From contig CM075984.1 in NCBI GenBank assembly GCA_038087875.1, positions 35,278,001 to 35,342,000 of the forward strand: a stretch of 64,000 bases of DNA, read 5' to 3'. Under the pieces are notes generated by a model. It was not told the origin of the DNA. It searched no databases and was given only the letters and a program-made list of their open reading frames with translations. Shown in pieces: positions 25,120 to 38,382 of the stretch (position 1 is its first letter; each line of letters starts with the position of its first letter). Origin of the DNA: Malacoraja senta (lineage: Eukaryota). The position numbers and the translations under genes are program-made.

Positions 25120-25810
25120 AAATGCTAATTGGCCAACATAAGGATGTACATGTTGTAAATTGCAAGACAGCAAGCAGAACAAGGAATGTACAACCAAGGT
25201 GGCTAAGCCATCAACGGAATGATAGAAAGTCACACCAGCAGCTAAAGAACATTTCATACAATGACATTAAAAGTCTATGAAGTGGATGCGATGAAGTATG
25301 CAGACAGGATCAGATTCAGACAACCAGTGAATACAATATACTTGGTGCCAAACCAAGTCAGGTCTATGGAAGGGACTAGCCGAGCCAAAGTCCAAACATA
25401 GCAAGTGGCATCTCAACTTGACTATGGAGCAATGTATAACATTCTCCTGCATTCAAATATTAGTCTCAAGGCAAAAAAGTTGCAATTAAAGCATGCAATA
25501 TCAAATAGAAGCAGACAATATTGAAGCCAGCTGGGATATGTTACCCGAGGGCAGTGAATACAAAGAATGTGGATTTCATAATGGTTAATCAGCCACACTT
25601 AGAAGCAGTGCTGGTCTATAAATGGGAATGCTAAAAGCACACCATGGCAGGATAAAGAAGACACAAGAAGCAATTGGTTAGGCAATTATTGTAGATGTAT
25701 TCATGGGACAGGGAGGCCAGAAGTGTGAAAAGGTGCAGGTGGCATCAGGTGGCAAATGCCATAATAGATGCCAACCCCTGATGTGTGTTGTAGGAGTAGT
25801 GAATATCAAG
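25120..25810 (+). mobile_element. Highly decayed Ty3/Gypsy gag-pol relic
   Basis: Motif remnants in the correct order: WPT*GCTCCK (gag CPAYGxxCxxC), QVASQLDYGAMYNIL (protease xVxFQLDTGAxxNxL), AIIVD-VF (RT ..DD..), and AII.MPTP..VGVVN (RT thumb). Confidence 0.45.
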
Positions 25811-27504
25811 CCCACGTCAGAACAGTGGCAGAAGACAATGGTGTCACGAAGCACACAAACCACCCAGATTGTCCAAGGTCATGGCAGGATGACAACATGG
25901 ATTGCTGGTATATCACCAGGTGTGAAAGAACAGTTGATTAATTCAATGGTAGCTGGTAGACCTGTTGCCTCACAGTGCCAGAGACCCAGATTCCATCCTG
26001 ACCTTGGGTGCTGTCTGTGTGGAGTTTGCACATTGGAGTTGACTTCCTAGTGACCATTTGAGTTTCCTCTGGGTGCTCCTACAGTATTTCTTTGCATATT
26101 CCAGAAACAGTGGGTTTATGGGTTAATTTTTGAAATATTACCACTAATGTGTTAGGAGTGGACGGGTAAATGTGAGTTAGATAACACAGAACTAGTATTC
26201 GTCGATAGTTGGCATGGACTCAGTGGCCTGTTTCCATGCTGTATCTCTAAACTAAACTACATGGAGGACGTTGTGCTGGCATAAAGAAGAGAGACAGGAT
26301 TTTTATCTTTGTTTTTTTCCCTTCCTCATTATTAGAGAGATGTGTCATGTCACTGCACAATGCAGGTTTTTGATAATTTAACCGGAGAATTTATTTATAG
26401 GTTATGCTCCAGTATCTTACAGCCACTGAGACATGTTCTATCTCATAAAGTCCAACTTGAAACAGACACCGCTGATTGCTTCTCCACCCGTACAGTTTTG
26501 CATCTCCATCCACACAATGCAAAAATACAGGCTGACATCCTAGTACAGGACTAGGAGAGCCTAGCACTGTTGGAAATGCTGGCTTTTGGATGTAACGTGA
26601 AGACAAGGGTACAATCTGGGCACAGCCAATCTTGGATCTTTTACTGAGAAGCAGGGAATTTATTTTTGATATTGTCATCAATATTATATCAATTATCTTG
26701 TTATTGTTTTGTTTATGGCTGAATTTCATTATTTCAGTACAACAGTAACTGTACATTTTATTTCACAACTATTATAAAGTATTAGAGCATAGAACAGGCC
26801 CTTCAACCCATCGAGGCTCTCTGAGCATGTGAAGAAGGGTCTCGATACAAAACGTCACCTTTTCCTTTTCTCCAGAGATGCTGTCTGACCCGTTGAGTTA
26901 CTCCAGCTTTATTGTCCATCTTAGACTTATATGAGCATTTTTTCTCTCTCTATATTCCCCACAGCTCCCCTCCACATTCTATTACCTTCTTACACTCGGC
27001 ACAATTTATTGAGGTCAATTGACTTACCAGCCCACCTGTCTTTGGCAGATGGGAAGAAACTGGAGCACTCCAGGGGATACACACTTACAGTCTCAGGGGG
27101 AATGTCCAAACGCCACACAGACAGTGCCAGGGGTCAGGATTGAACCCGCAACCCTGGAACTGTGGGGCAGCAGCTCTAGCTGCAACTCTGTGCCCAGATT
27201 GTTCTAAAATGGGAACAGGCTGAGTGACTAAACAGCCAAGAGTAATTTTCTTTTGACGAATATTCTCAATGCCATTAAATTTTATACAAGACAGTTGGTG
27301 TTAAAGTGGATGAGTCATTAATTGTTATTTCTTCTTTACAAATTGTGTCTTGCATAACAATGCTGCCTCTTTGATCATTGCAAATCTGCAACAATTGATT
27401 CTGTCTGTGAAATTCAACATTGCAGAGATACAAGGACCAAAATAGTTTGCCGCATACAATAGTTTTGCGAAGTTGTTCTAACAAGAAAAGTTTTTAAATG
27501 ATTT

Positions 27505-27722
27505 TGTGGCGGCTCCCAAGGGTCGGGCCATCCTAACTGTCGAACCCCTCGGCACGGGAGTGGTTCAGTCCGGAGGCGGCCCTTAACCAGAGGGTTTAAA
27601 GGCCGGGGTTTGGGTGCCATCTTTCTCTCGAGTGGACTTCCCTACAACCGGGAGGAACACAAATAAAGGTGCCTCTCGAAATACCTGACTCCTCTCTTTC
27701 GTTTCGAGTCCTATGCACCACA
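27505..27722 (+). mobile_element. Solo LTR, 218 bp
   Basis: TGTGG...CCACA termini and a 4-bp TSD ATTT (27501-27504 / 27723-27726). Internal TTTAAA (27595) and AATAAA (27662). CpG-rich relative to the flanks. Confidence 0.8.
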
Positions 27723-27752
27723 ATTTACTAGATAGACAATGTGACAGACAAC

Positions 27753-27880
27753 ACCGAAGATAGACACAAAATGCTGGAGTAATGCAGCAGGATAGGCAGC
27801 ATCTCTGGAGAGAAGGAATGGGTGATGTTTCAGGTCGAGACCCTTCTTCAGATTGAGAGTCAGGGGAGAGGGGAGAGAAA
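27753..27880 (-). mobile_element. Penelope-terminal-repeat copy
   Basis: ccgaagatagacacaaaatgctggag...gatgtttcaggtcgagacccttcttcaga. Confidence 0.72.
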
Positions 27881-29334
27881 AAACACCACAGGCATGAAGA
27901 TTAATAGTGTGAAGGAAATAAATAGGACAGTTTACACAAAGGATCAGAAATGAAACCACTGTATTAAGTTTAGCAAAGCAATTTCTCATTTACCTAGGAA
28001 GCCATGATGGCAAAATAACTCAATGAAAACAACAGGATAGAATATTCATGCAGACGGTGACCATTGGTCCATGGGGTCCATGCTATCCCTCAGTAGAGCA
28101 TTTCCCACCAATTCCCACTCCTATAATCCTGCAACATATTCTCTCTCATAAGCCGATCAACTTCCCCCTTTGATTCCTTTGATACTAAATATAATTTACA
28201 GTTTCCAATTAACCTCCCAATACATCCAATGGAATGGGAGCAAACTGGAGTGACTGGAGTACAACTTGTAGGAGTAGAATTAGGCCATTTGGCCCATCGA
28301 GTTTACTCCTCCATACAATCATGGCTGATGATTATCCTAATCCCAGTTTCCTTATTTTTCCATAACCCTTGACATCAGTTTCCTTGACTGGAGTACTTGG
28401 TGAAACCAATGTGGTCACAGGGAGAACTAGTAAACTCCACACACACAACCCAAGGTGAGGATTGAAACTTGGTCACTGGCATTCTTAGGCAGCAACAATG
28501 GGATTTCAAATAGTATGCTAGGAATGAATGCAACATTGGTCAAATACAGGAAAAATACTTTGTATTTGAAATCAGAGAATCATAATTTAATGGGTCATTA
28601 GTTATCATGTTAGTGTCAGTTTAAGAGTATTGCAATTAGTTCCATATGTCTGTTTCCCCCCTGCAGTACAACAACTTTTCCTTGCATCAGGAGTCATAGT
28701 TATATACCAGAGAAGCAAGCCCTACAGGTACAGTAAGAGTCCTTTAGTTTCTAAGGTGTAAGCGTAGGATTCAGGTGTAATTCCAGTGGAAATTTTGGAT
28801 GCTGTGCTGTCAGAGTTATCATCTCCATTCATTGCCATTAAAATGCAAGTAAAGAGAAAGTGCATGTCAGCAATATTTCAGTCATGGCCAATCTGCAGCA
28901 ATCTTTGCCAGAAGCCAAGATGTTGGGTGCTCTGGTTTATCTGATTCAGCTGGAATGCACAAAGGAAATTGAGTCCAGGATCAGGGCAGAGGTGCCATGA
29001 TAGTGAACAATGATGCTCATTGTCAGAATGCGATCTAATTTCTCAGGCTGCAAGGAATGATGCCATGCTAAGCCATTCATATAGAAACCATGTCGCAGGT
29101 GCCCGGATTATTCCTGGTCAGAGGTCCCCAGTTGAATTGCCAGAGTGCTACATTTCAATCTTTCAACCTTGATGTGAATGACAGAATGGTTGACTTTCCA
29201 GTCCCTTCTCTTTTAGATGTGATGTTGCCTCCGCCTAAATCTTGGAGGACATCCATGATGCAAGGTTTTATTTAAGGAAGAGCATGGGTGATTTTTGTTG
29301 AGGCTAGTTTTGTTTCCCTTTTGAGGATTTGACG

Positions 29335-29842
29335 GCTCTGGGCCTGTACTCACTGGAGTTTATAGGTTGAGGGAGGACCTCAATGAAACTTACCGAACTG
29401 TGAAAGGCCTGCATAGAGTGGATGTGGAGACGATGTTTCCACCAGACGGAGAGTCTCACACAGCCTTAGAATAAAATTACATACCTTTAAATAGGAGATG
29501 AGGGGGAATTTCTTTAATCAGAGGGTGGTGAATGTGTGGAGTTCAAGTTTAAGTTCAAGTTCAAGTTAAGTTCGAGTTACATTTATTGTCACATACATCA
29601 ATTGGTGCAGTGAAATGTGAGTTACCATGCAGTCACATAAATAAAATGGCTATTGAGGCCACGTCATTAGTTATTTTTAATTTAGAGATCGATAGGTTCT
29701 TGATGAGTAAGCGTGTCAAGAGATGTGGGAGAAGGCAGAACAATGGGGCTGAGAGAGAAAGATATATCAGTCATTATTGAATGGCGGAGTACTGATGGGC
29801 AGAATGGCCTAATTCTGCTCCTATGATTTATGAACTTATGAA
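29335..29842 (+). mobile_element. CR1 LINE 3' fragment interrupted by a short reverse (ttcaag)n-tailed insert
   Basis: LGLYSLEF..GDL and cagagggtggtgaatgtgtgg motifs; tail gaatggcctaattctgctcctatg. Confidence 0.75.
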
Positions 29843-30424
29843 CTTTGGCAATTTCACCATTAAAATAATTGATTATCTAGTAATTGACATAATTCTGTTG
29901 GTCGACTTGGCCATGTGCAAACTGTCTGACGTGTTTAGCAGCTTACAGCAGTGACTAGACTTCAAAGTCTTTAATTGACTGTAAAGCACTTAGCGTTATC
30001 AAAAGGTCATGGACAGTGCTGCATAAATGCAAGTCTCGTAGTTTTACAAGGCTGGACGAGTCATACTGTGCAGCGCAATGCAAGTGTAAACACTCACCCT
30101 GAATCCCCATGGAATAAAAATGCATTTCTCGGTGGAGACATAAAGTCTTCCTCTGTCACTTTGTTACTTATGAGGTGTGTGAGAGGCATGATGTAAAGTA
30201 CAATCATGAATTTAATGGGGAAGGGAGCTTGTCCTGAATGAACAACAACTAACAAACTGAATTCGTCAGTGTGGCATTTTAGATCTGAGTAGAAATTGGA
30301 TTTAAGTAATATTTTGATGGTGTTATTAATTTCAACAATACATTTACAAAGAAAATATGCTTGCTTCATGAAATGAATCAAACAAGAATATCTTCATAGT
30401 TTGGTTATTGCATTCCATAGTCCA

Positions 30425-31375
30425 ATATGGAGGAGGAGCCATCTTGTGGAACGGCTGCTAACCTGCAGCTGTCCGTTTAAATTACTTTTTTAACGGTTTT
30501 AGTGAGTCTCCATTTTCCTTGTAGGAGACATTCTACTTTTTAATGTCTGGTGAAGGGGCCAACAAAATTTTTAGGTCCCTGCCTGGTCGGTGAGGCAGCT
30601 TTTCTCCGGGCTGCCCCGTTGACCTGTCCTCGTGGCCTACCAGCGGGCCTGGAGCGCCGTTTCCTGGCGGGAACCGCCCTGCACCTCGGTTTGGTGGCGG
30701 CACAGCGCCGGAGCGTTGCCGCGGAGCGTAGCGGGCGATGCCTTGCCTGGATCGCCGCGCTGGATCGTTGCGTCGGAGCTCCAGTAGGCTGTGACCGCCG
30801 AAGTCAACACCTCCGGGCTGCGGGACTGCGGAGAGGATCGGGCCGCGCCAACCTTAACATCGGGAGCCTTGGAGCTCCAAACCGGCGCAGCCTTGTCGGC
30901 TTCGGTAGCTGCTGCCTCCGGTGAGGAATGCGGCCGTTCCAGGTGGCCCAGCCGCTGTGAGGACTCTCCCGACGCCGGGGCAACATCACCTGGTGAAAAC
31001 GGCCAGGAACATCGGGCCTCCGTAGAGGCAATAGCGGCGGCCTCATTAGGCCTGACTTTGGATGAACTGGGGTTGGGGACTGGACATTGTGCCTTCCCCC
31101 ACAGTGGTAATCATTGTGGGGGGATGATTTTTGTGTGCTGTGTCTTTGTTGGTCTGTGTTCAAGATGGCGGTCGGAGGGGAGAGTGGATGTTGGCGCGGT
31201 TTAGCTGCTGCTGCTCTCACCTCAAATTGTGTTTCTGATTTTCTTTTTTGTGCCTTTGGAATGAATTCTGTCCTTAATTTGTGTATTGTGATGTTGTTGA
31301 TGTCCGTACTATTTTTAAAAAAAAATTATTCTGCTTATATGTTTTGTAATCTGCTTATCTGCAAGGCGTCCTTGA
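30425..31375 (+). mobile_element. GC/CpG-rich interspersed element, probably a non-autonomous retroposon
   Basis: Sharp GC island in an AT-rich intron with no recognisable protein in its overlapping ORFs, a T-rich 3' part, and architecture similar to 38383-39116. Confidence 0.45.
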
Positions 31376-31756
31376 TAAATATTAATATTTTTCTAATTCC
31401 TTTTAATGACATTGGTAGATAAAATCCATAATAGCAAATGCAGGTAATTTACCAGATTGCAAACTATGTCACCTTTTACTCACTCTACTCTTTTTATTAA
31501 AAATCTCCTTGCCAAGCCTCAGACACTGCAGTTGAACTTGTTACATCTGTTTCTCAGTAATTCAGCAACAGGGTGTCCAACACTCAACTTGAGCAGCTGC
31601 CACTCCCACTGAAGGATGAGGGGTCTCACAGCGTCCAAGTAAACTCATCCTGCTGAGCTGCGACTCAGTAATAATCATCAATAAGCCATCATTATAAATC
31701 CAAATATTGATAGGATTACTGCACTGTCCACTCATGGCTGGCTTAGTGCACAAATA

Positions 31757-32197
31757 TGCCAGGATTCGAGGGCCTGAACTTTAGGGAGAGGTTGAGCAGG
31801 CTGGTACTTTATTCCTTGGAGCACGGGAGAATGAGGGGTGATCTCATAGAGGTATATAAGATCATGAGAAGAATAGATCGGGTAAATGCACAGTCTTTTC
31901 CCTAGAGTTGGGGAATCAAGAACCAGAGGATTCTGGTATAGGGTGAGGGGTGAAAGATTTAATAGGAACCTGAGGGGTAACTCTTTTACACAAAGTGTGG
32001 TGGGTATAGGGAATGGGCCGCCAGAGGAGGTACTGTCATAAGATTTAAGAGACATTTGGACAGGTACATGAATAGGATAGGTTTAGAGGGTTATGGGCCA
32101 AGCACAGGCAGGTGGGACTAGTGTAGATGGGGCATGTCGGTCGGCATGGGCAAGTCGGACTGAAGGACCTGTTTCCATGCTGCAATACTCTATGACT
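31757..32197 (+). mobile_element. CR1 LINE 3' fragment
   Basis: Same family as 12262-12882. Confidence 0.88.
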
Positions 32198-32619
32198 CAT
32201 GTTTGATTATGATAATCACTGACGCCAATTTTGGGAGAATAAAATCACATTCATTTACAAGAGTACTTAAATCACTTGCTGTGATGTTGTTTTTATTTTT
32301 TAAGACCTGGTTCTTTTGTCCATTTTCCCTTTCCAGATGAGATCAAACCGATTAACAGAATGTGATGAGGAAGCTGCCTCCTCAACAATGGAAACAAACA
32401 TAGCTGAGGGTGTAGTTGATCTATAATGATTCAGTCATGACTGTTCCTGCACTCTGGCTACACAATCTCGTGAACTGTAATGAACTCACAGAGATCTTGT
32501 AATAGGTTTGAATTCATCTCAGCTGGATTGCATTAGTATGTAAATTGGGCCAGCAGATTTATTGTGGGGGGATGGAAGGAATGATGTGGAGAGAAATGCA
32601 AGTCAAGAAATTTCAACCA

Positions 32620-33880
32620 AGGGTTACACATAAATGTGGAACAACACCTCATATTTCACTTGAGTAGCTTACAACCCAATGATATGAATACTGAATTCTC
32701 CAATTTTATGTAACTACAAAGTCCTGCTTCTCTCCCAACCCTCCCTCCTCCTCTGTGCCCCACCTGAACTCAAGTCAAGTCACATTTATTTATATAGCAC
32801 ATTTAAAAAACAACTCGTTTAAGAATAGCACAAACAAAACAAACTACATACATATATACATATATATATACATGTAGCCCTCACTCAGAGGACATCAGGA
32901 AAGGCTTGGGAGTATAGATAAGTCTTTAGTCTTGACTTAAAAGAGTCGATGGAGGGGGCAGTTCTGATGGGAAAGGGGATGCTGTTCCACAGTCTAGGGG
33001 CTGCAACCGCAAAGGCGCGGTCGCCCCTGAGCTTATGCCTAGACCGCAGGATATTCAGCAACCCCAAGTCGGCTGATCTGAGGGGCCTGGAGGTGGAGTG
33101 GTGGGTGAGAAGACTTTTTATGTAGGTGGGGGCAAGCCCATTGAGGGCTTTGTAGACATGGAGGAGGATCTTGAAGTTTATACGGAACCGCACAGGGAGC
33201 CAGTGGAGAGAGGCCAGGATCGGGGTGATGTGGTCCCTTTTTCGGGTGCCCGTCAGGAGTCTCGCTGCGGCGTTTTGGACCAGTTGCAGGCGGGACAGGG
33301 AAGATTGGCTGATGCCAGTGTAAAGGGAGTTGCAGTAATCTAGGCGGGAGGAGATGAATGTGTGGATGATCTTTTCGAGGTCATCAAACTGGAGGAATTG
33401 TTTTATTTTAGCTATCGTCCGAAGCTGAAAGAAGCTAGCTTTTACCACGGCATTGACTTGTTTGTCAAATTTCAGTGCTGAGTCAAATATCACGCCAACG
33501 TTTTTGACGTGAGGTTTGAGTAGTGGGGTAAGGCTTCCAAGGCTGCCTGCTATCATTTTGAACTGACACCGATTTCTCCCCTCTACATCCCCTTCCACTT
33601 AAATTCCTTCCTCTGGGTTCAAGATTTGCGACTATTAAATCCTTTGTCTCACACCTCTGCTATTTCATCTCTGCCTATCAAAAGCCCCCATCTCACTCAT
33701 ATCAATCTAGTACCTGACAGCCTTAGTCCTACCCCTCCTTTCTTCCAGCTTTCTTTCCCCACCCTCCACCCCCCACAATCAGTCTGAAGAAGGGTCCCGA
33801 CTTGAAATGTCACCTATGCATTCTGTCCAGAGATGCTGCCTGGCCCGTTGAGTTAGTGCAGAACTTTGTGTCTTTTTTTT
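32620..33880 (+). mobile_element. Second, older Penelope-like 3' end, interrupted by an L2 insertion
   Basis: 32639-32713 encodes EQHLIFHLSSLQPNDMNTEFSNFM* (compare EQHLIFCLGSLHPSGMNIDFSNFR* at ~46935-47008). The pyrimidine tract resumes at 33565, followed by ctgaagaagggtcccgacttgaaatgtc at 33784. Confidence 0.8.
32771..33558 (-). mobile_element. L2-clade LINE 3' fragment (RT C-terminus plus tail)
   Basis: Uninterrupted ORF with KNVGVIFD, SRLDYCNSLY, LQLVQNAAARLL and HITPILASLHWLPV. The minus-strand tail is aataaatgtgacttgacttg. Flanked by a TGAACT repeat (32765-32770 / 33559-33564). Confidence 0.92.
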
Positions 33881-34510
33881 GCGCAGATAGATGATTAATT
33901 TAGTCATTAACATCTGTGCTCTGCACCACATCTAGAAATAATATTGGAAATTCATCTTGACTTTCCAGTCAGTTTTACTCTCAGTTAAGTATACACATTC
34001 AAACTTGAAGTGGAAAGATCTACCACATGCTTCCCAATTTACATATTTCCTCATAATTTGGGTTTAATATTACATTTTAAACTGCAGAATTAATACAAAA
34101 AGGGTTAACTATAATTCAAAATGCATTATTAGTTAACCTTTGCAAAGGTTCTGGCAGAGGTTTCTGTTTACTGGATCCAAGCTATGATGAAGGACTTTTA
34201 AGGAATCAATTGTTTGATAAATTGTGTTCAACCTGATAGGTACAAACAACCCAGGCTGCTTTGCACAGGTGGGAAAGAGGTAAACAAACCATCCCAACTT
34301 GCTAAGATACCAACATCATTAGGGAGGAATAACCTTCCCTCTTCGCCACAGAATATTGAATAGTGGAGTGGAAAAGGCAATGTTATTTTTGGAACAGATT
34401 CATTGCCAAATGTGCAGCAAAGATGAGAAAAATCTTTCTCATAAAAATGAGAGAAAACACTTAGTCTTTTTTTTTTCCTGAGGATCAGATGAAGATGAGA
34501 ACAGGTACAG

Positions 34511-34645
34511 AGTCTGAGAAAGGGTCCCGACCCGAAACATCACCCATCCTTTTTCTCCAGAGTTGCTGCCTGACCCGCTGAGTTACTCCAGCACTTTGTG
34601 TCTATCTTTGCTTAAACCAGCATCTGTATTTATTTGTTTCTACAG
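34511..34645 (+). mobile_element. Penelope-terminal-repeat copy
   Basis: agtctgagaaagggtcccgacccgaaacatcacc...cagcatctg. Confidence 0.72.
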
Positions 34646-37240
34646 TATCACTGTGAAGGCCTGCGGCCAATCAGCATATAGGACATTTCATGTTAAAATT
34701 AAAGCAACCAGTCGATTATAGAGGAAACATATGGCATTATGTTGCATCTGTTATGTTTTCAAGATCCCCCCCAAGGCACTTCACAGTTAATGAACAATTT
34801 TTAATGTGCAGTTATTGGTATTGTGCTGTCAAATCAGAGACATTTGCAGCATGATCCACCCACCCACACTTGCCCCTAGTGCTAATTCCCAGATATGATG
34901 CGGCCAGTTAATGTACCAGAAGTATGATGATGTAATGCAGGCTCTCTGTGTTTTGTTCTCAATTTGAGCTCAATGTTTGTCCATGGTTTGCAATTTCGCC
35001 AGAGTATAGAACCTTAAACCATGTTGAAAGAATCGGAGCGTACTGTGCCTATCAAGGGGGCGCGTTCACACTTTGGCGACAGTGATATAAGTACAAATGT
35101 AAAGAACGAACTGTTGGAGGAAGTAAATGAGTCCGGGAGCATCTGTGGAGATAAATGGACGGACACCATTACAGATCTAGATATATTTCATCAATGTGTT
35201 TCATCCTGGGTCTAGGTAAAGGATCTTAACCACAATCAATACTGTCCATTTCCTTTCACAGATGAGCTGACCCACTGAGTTCCTCCAGCAGTTTTTTTTT
35301 GCTTCAGATTCCAGCATTTGCATTCTCTTGTGTCTGTATAAATCTACATGTAAAGCTATCTAACTTCATCCCAGCCATACACATTCACCAAGCACAGTGC
35401 AGGCCATTAACAGGACAATGGATCTGAAAACATAAGTCTGCACCTGGACTATTTAAGGAGATCTTTAAGCATTTATGGGCTGTTCACATGAACATTAGCT
35501 CTTTGGCAAGGGTCAAATTATGGCTTCCAGAGTCATAGATTTATTGTGTTGCTAATGCAGAGCAAACTGTTTATATATTTGCAAAAATATGGACTCTGGC
35601 CCAAGCAAGTGTTTGCCTGAGAAGGATGCTATTAAGCATCATTCCATTCTTAAGTCCATTCTTTCCTCTCCACTGAGTTAGCTTTAGGCAGTGTGGCATC
35701 AAGAAGACCTAGTAAAATTGATGCTCCAGGATGAACTGGCTCAATGCTAAATTCCAGTCACCTCATAATTCCATTCCTCACAGTCAGTCAGAGGTGAGAT
35801 AGAACAAACCCAAGATGACACCTTCCACAGAGCATGAAGCAAAGTGTGTAACTTGCCATTGGGTAGAAATTGAGCTGCACTTGTAAAGATGAATTAAGCT
35901 ATTGGTTTATGGTGGAACCATGAACATTGGCTGAGAAACTCAAATGGCTAGTAATGTTTTTTTCAATGCAATACATATAAGTATCACTTATTCCTAGAGT
36001 GGAACTTGATGGTGATCATTTTCAGGCTGCATAATGTCACAGTGGAAATCTGGCCAGGCACTTTCAGTAGCATCCACTCTTGCAATCCTGACAAGATTTT
36101 CATTTCAGTTGCACATATGTTTCATTGTCTAAGGGATGTCTGGTGTTGGCGCAACAATGTTTGAGGCGACATTGTTGTTTTAAAGGCGGATTTCCCAGCC
36201 AAATCAAGTTTCACTCTTCTAACTGTGGTACTTTACCTGTGTCAAGAGTGTTTAATTGTCATATGCACCATGAACAGAATAATGAAACTCTTACTTGCTG
36301 CAGCTTTGCAGGCACATTAATGGAATAATGCAATAAATATAAATACAATAATCAATAGTGCAAATATTATTAATAAGACTTGGTACCCAGACCATAATAG
36401 TGCAAAACAAAACAGGAGCTTGAAAACCTGGTCACACAGACTTAAGAACAGCTTCTTCCACGCTGTCATTAGAATCCTGACCCAACTACAGTACCACTTT
36501 CACACCTCTTTTTCTGAGGTGCTGCCACACACTTTTACTTTTACCGCTACATTATTCAGTTATTCTGCTCTTGTACTTTGGTTATTTTTTTGTCCGACAA
36601 ACTTTGCACTGTCCTGCCATTTTGCACTTGGTATTTATCGTTGTATCAATCATTATAATGTATACTGGGCATTCTAAGAGGTTCATGCAAACAAGAAATT
36701 TCCCTGACGTATATCTGAAATCTGAATCTGAGTGTGGGTGCCGGACCGGAAACATTAGCTACTTCTCTTTCCAAAGATACCACTTGATTTTGTTCACTGG
36801 AAACATGTAAATGGAGTTATCATGAACTCCCACTCCATATCTGGAGTCAGCAAGAAGGATGTTATGGAGAGATCTGTAGGAATTTACATTGTAAAGTAAT
36901 TGTTTAATTACCTGAGATAAACAACTTCTAGTTTTGTTTGGGTTTAAGAAAGTTGCCAAAAGAATACAGCGTGTACTTGGCCATTTCTGAAACATTACAC
37001 CACAATTTGAAAAACTGGTTTCAATACGTGTTCACACAATTTGCTGATGCATAGACCAATAAATAACTATACTATGCTTCACAGAACCTTCTAACCAAAA
37101 GGCTTAGTACAACGTTACATGAAGTTGGCAAGATGTTGCTAAGAAGATGACAAATGTAAACTAAACATGTGTCTTTGGTTGGTGATGCCAATGCACTATT
37201 TAGTTCCTCATTGATTTAGTGGATTGAATTTTAGATATAA

Positions 37241-37778
37241 CTAGACCAAGTGGGACCTGTTGGGTCCCGTCCCCTCAACGTGCGGTTGTGGGGGGGGGGG
37301 GGTGGAGGGTGGCATGCGGCGTCACACACACACACTAACCACCCCCCCCCACACACACACACTCCTTGATATATTAATATTATTCATTCGCTCCTTTCCC
37401 CCCATCCCCCGCCCTATCCACGCACGCATAGCCCCCAACTGAGCAGGCACGGCTAGAGAGGGAGAGGGGTAGAGAGGGAGGGGGTGTAGAAAGGGAGAGG
37501 GTGAGGGGGTAGAGAAGGAGGGTAGAGGGAGGGGGGTAGAGAGGGAGAGGGAGGGGGTAGAGAGTGAGGGGTAGGGGGGGCGCGTGGCATCACAGGGGAG
37601 GGCTGGTCCTCGAAAGCAATATTCCACCACTCACCCATAGGTCCCAATAGGGGGGTGGAGAGGGAATGGTGGTAGAGAGGGAGGGGGGGTAGAGAGGGAG
37701 CGATGGGGGGCAGAGAGGGAGGGGGGCAGAGAGGGAGGTGGCATTAGAGAGGGGGTAGGGGGGTAGAGGGGGAGGGGA
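37241..37778 (-). mobile_element. Helitron 3' end with subterminal hairpin; 5' end not identified; GA-rich low-complexity interior
   Basis: a|CTAGACCAAGTG terminus with a GGGACC-tgttg-GGTCCC hairpin (37252-37268) just inside the CTAG end. Confidence 0.7.
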
Positions 37779-38382
37779 AATAAAATAAGATTTCTGTGAA
37801 ACAGCCAGGAATCAAAATATGTCTTTACTTTTGTACATGTTCTTCAAATTATGACTTTACGACCCATTAACAATTTAATTGCAATGTTGCCAATTATATT
37901 TTTACTACATTTTTATTTTGGATATTTTTTTTAACAAAAGATTAAAAGCTGTATCCATGAGTGAAACTATTTTCAAACAAATACTGGCTTGGGAGAGAAA
38001 ATCTGTTCCAGCATATTGGCTGCTATTAGGCAATGTCATCATCAGTCACTTAACTGGCCTCGAACAAATGTTACTTTAGAAATTATCGTAGTGGATGTAA
38101 GGGATTGAGCTGGGTCACATGGTATTTCTGGAAAATATCTAAATGAGTTTAAAACAAGGAATATGAATGTAATCTATTCCAAAAGATATTCCTGTGATAT
38201 CCACCCATTTTTCCCATATCTACAGATCCAGTTCACCAAAACCCAGATAAGGGACCTTTATACAACATTTTACAATGGACAATGGCTCATTTCCGGAGAT
38301 GTATTTTATGATATCAATAAAGCTGTCGATCGGTCGGAATGCATCATGATATCTTCCTAACCCTTGAATAACACACTGGTTC

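Noticed and set aside
30550-31422. Overlapping 100-140 aa ORFs in the GC-rich island as a gene
   Set aside because: ORFs on both strands with no domain or splice structure are expected in GC-rich repeat sequence.
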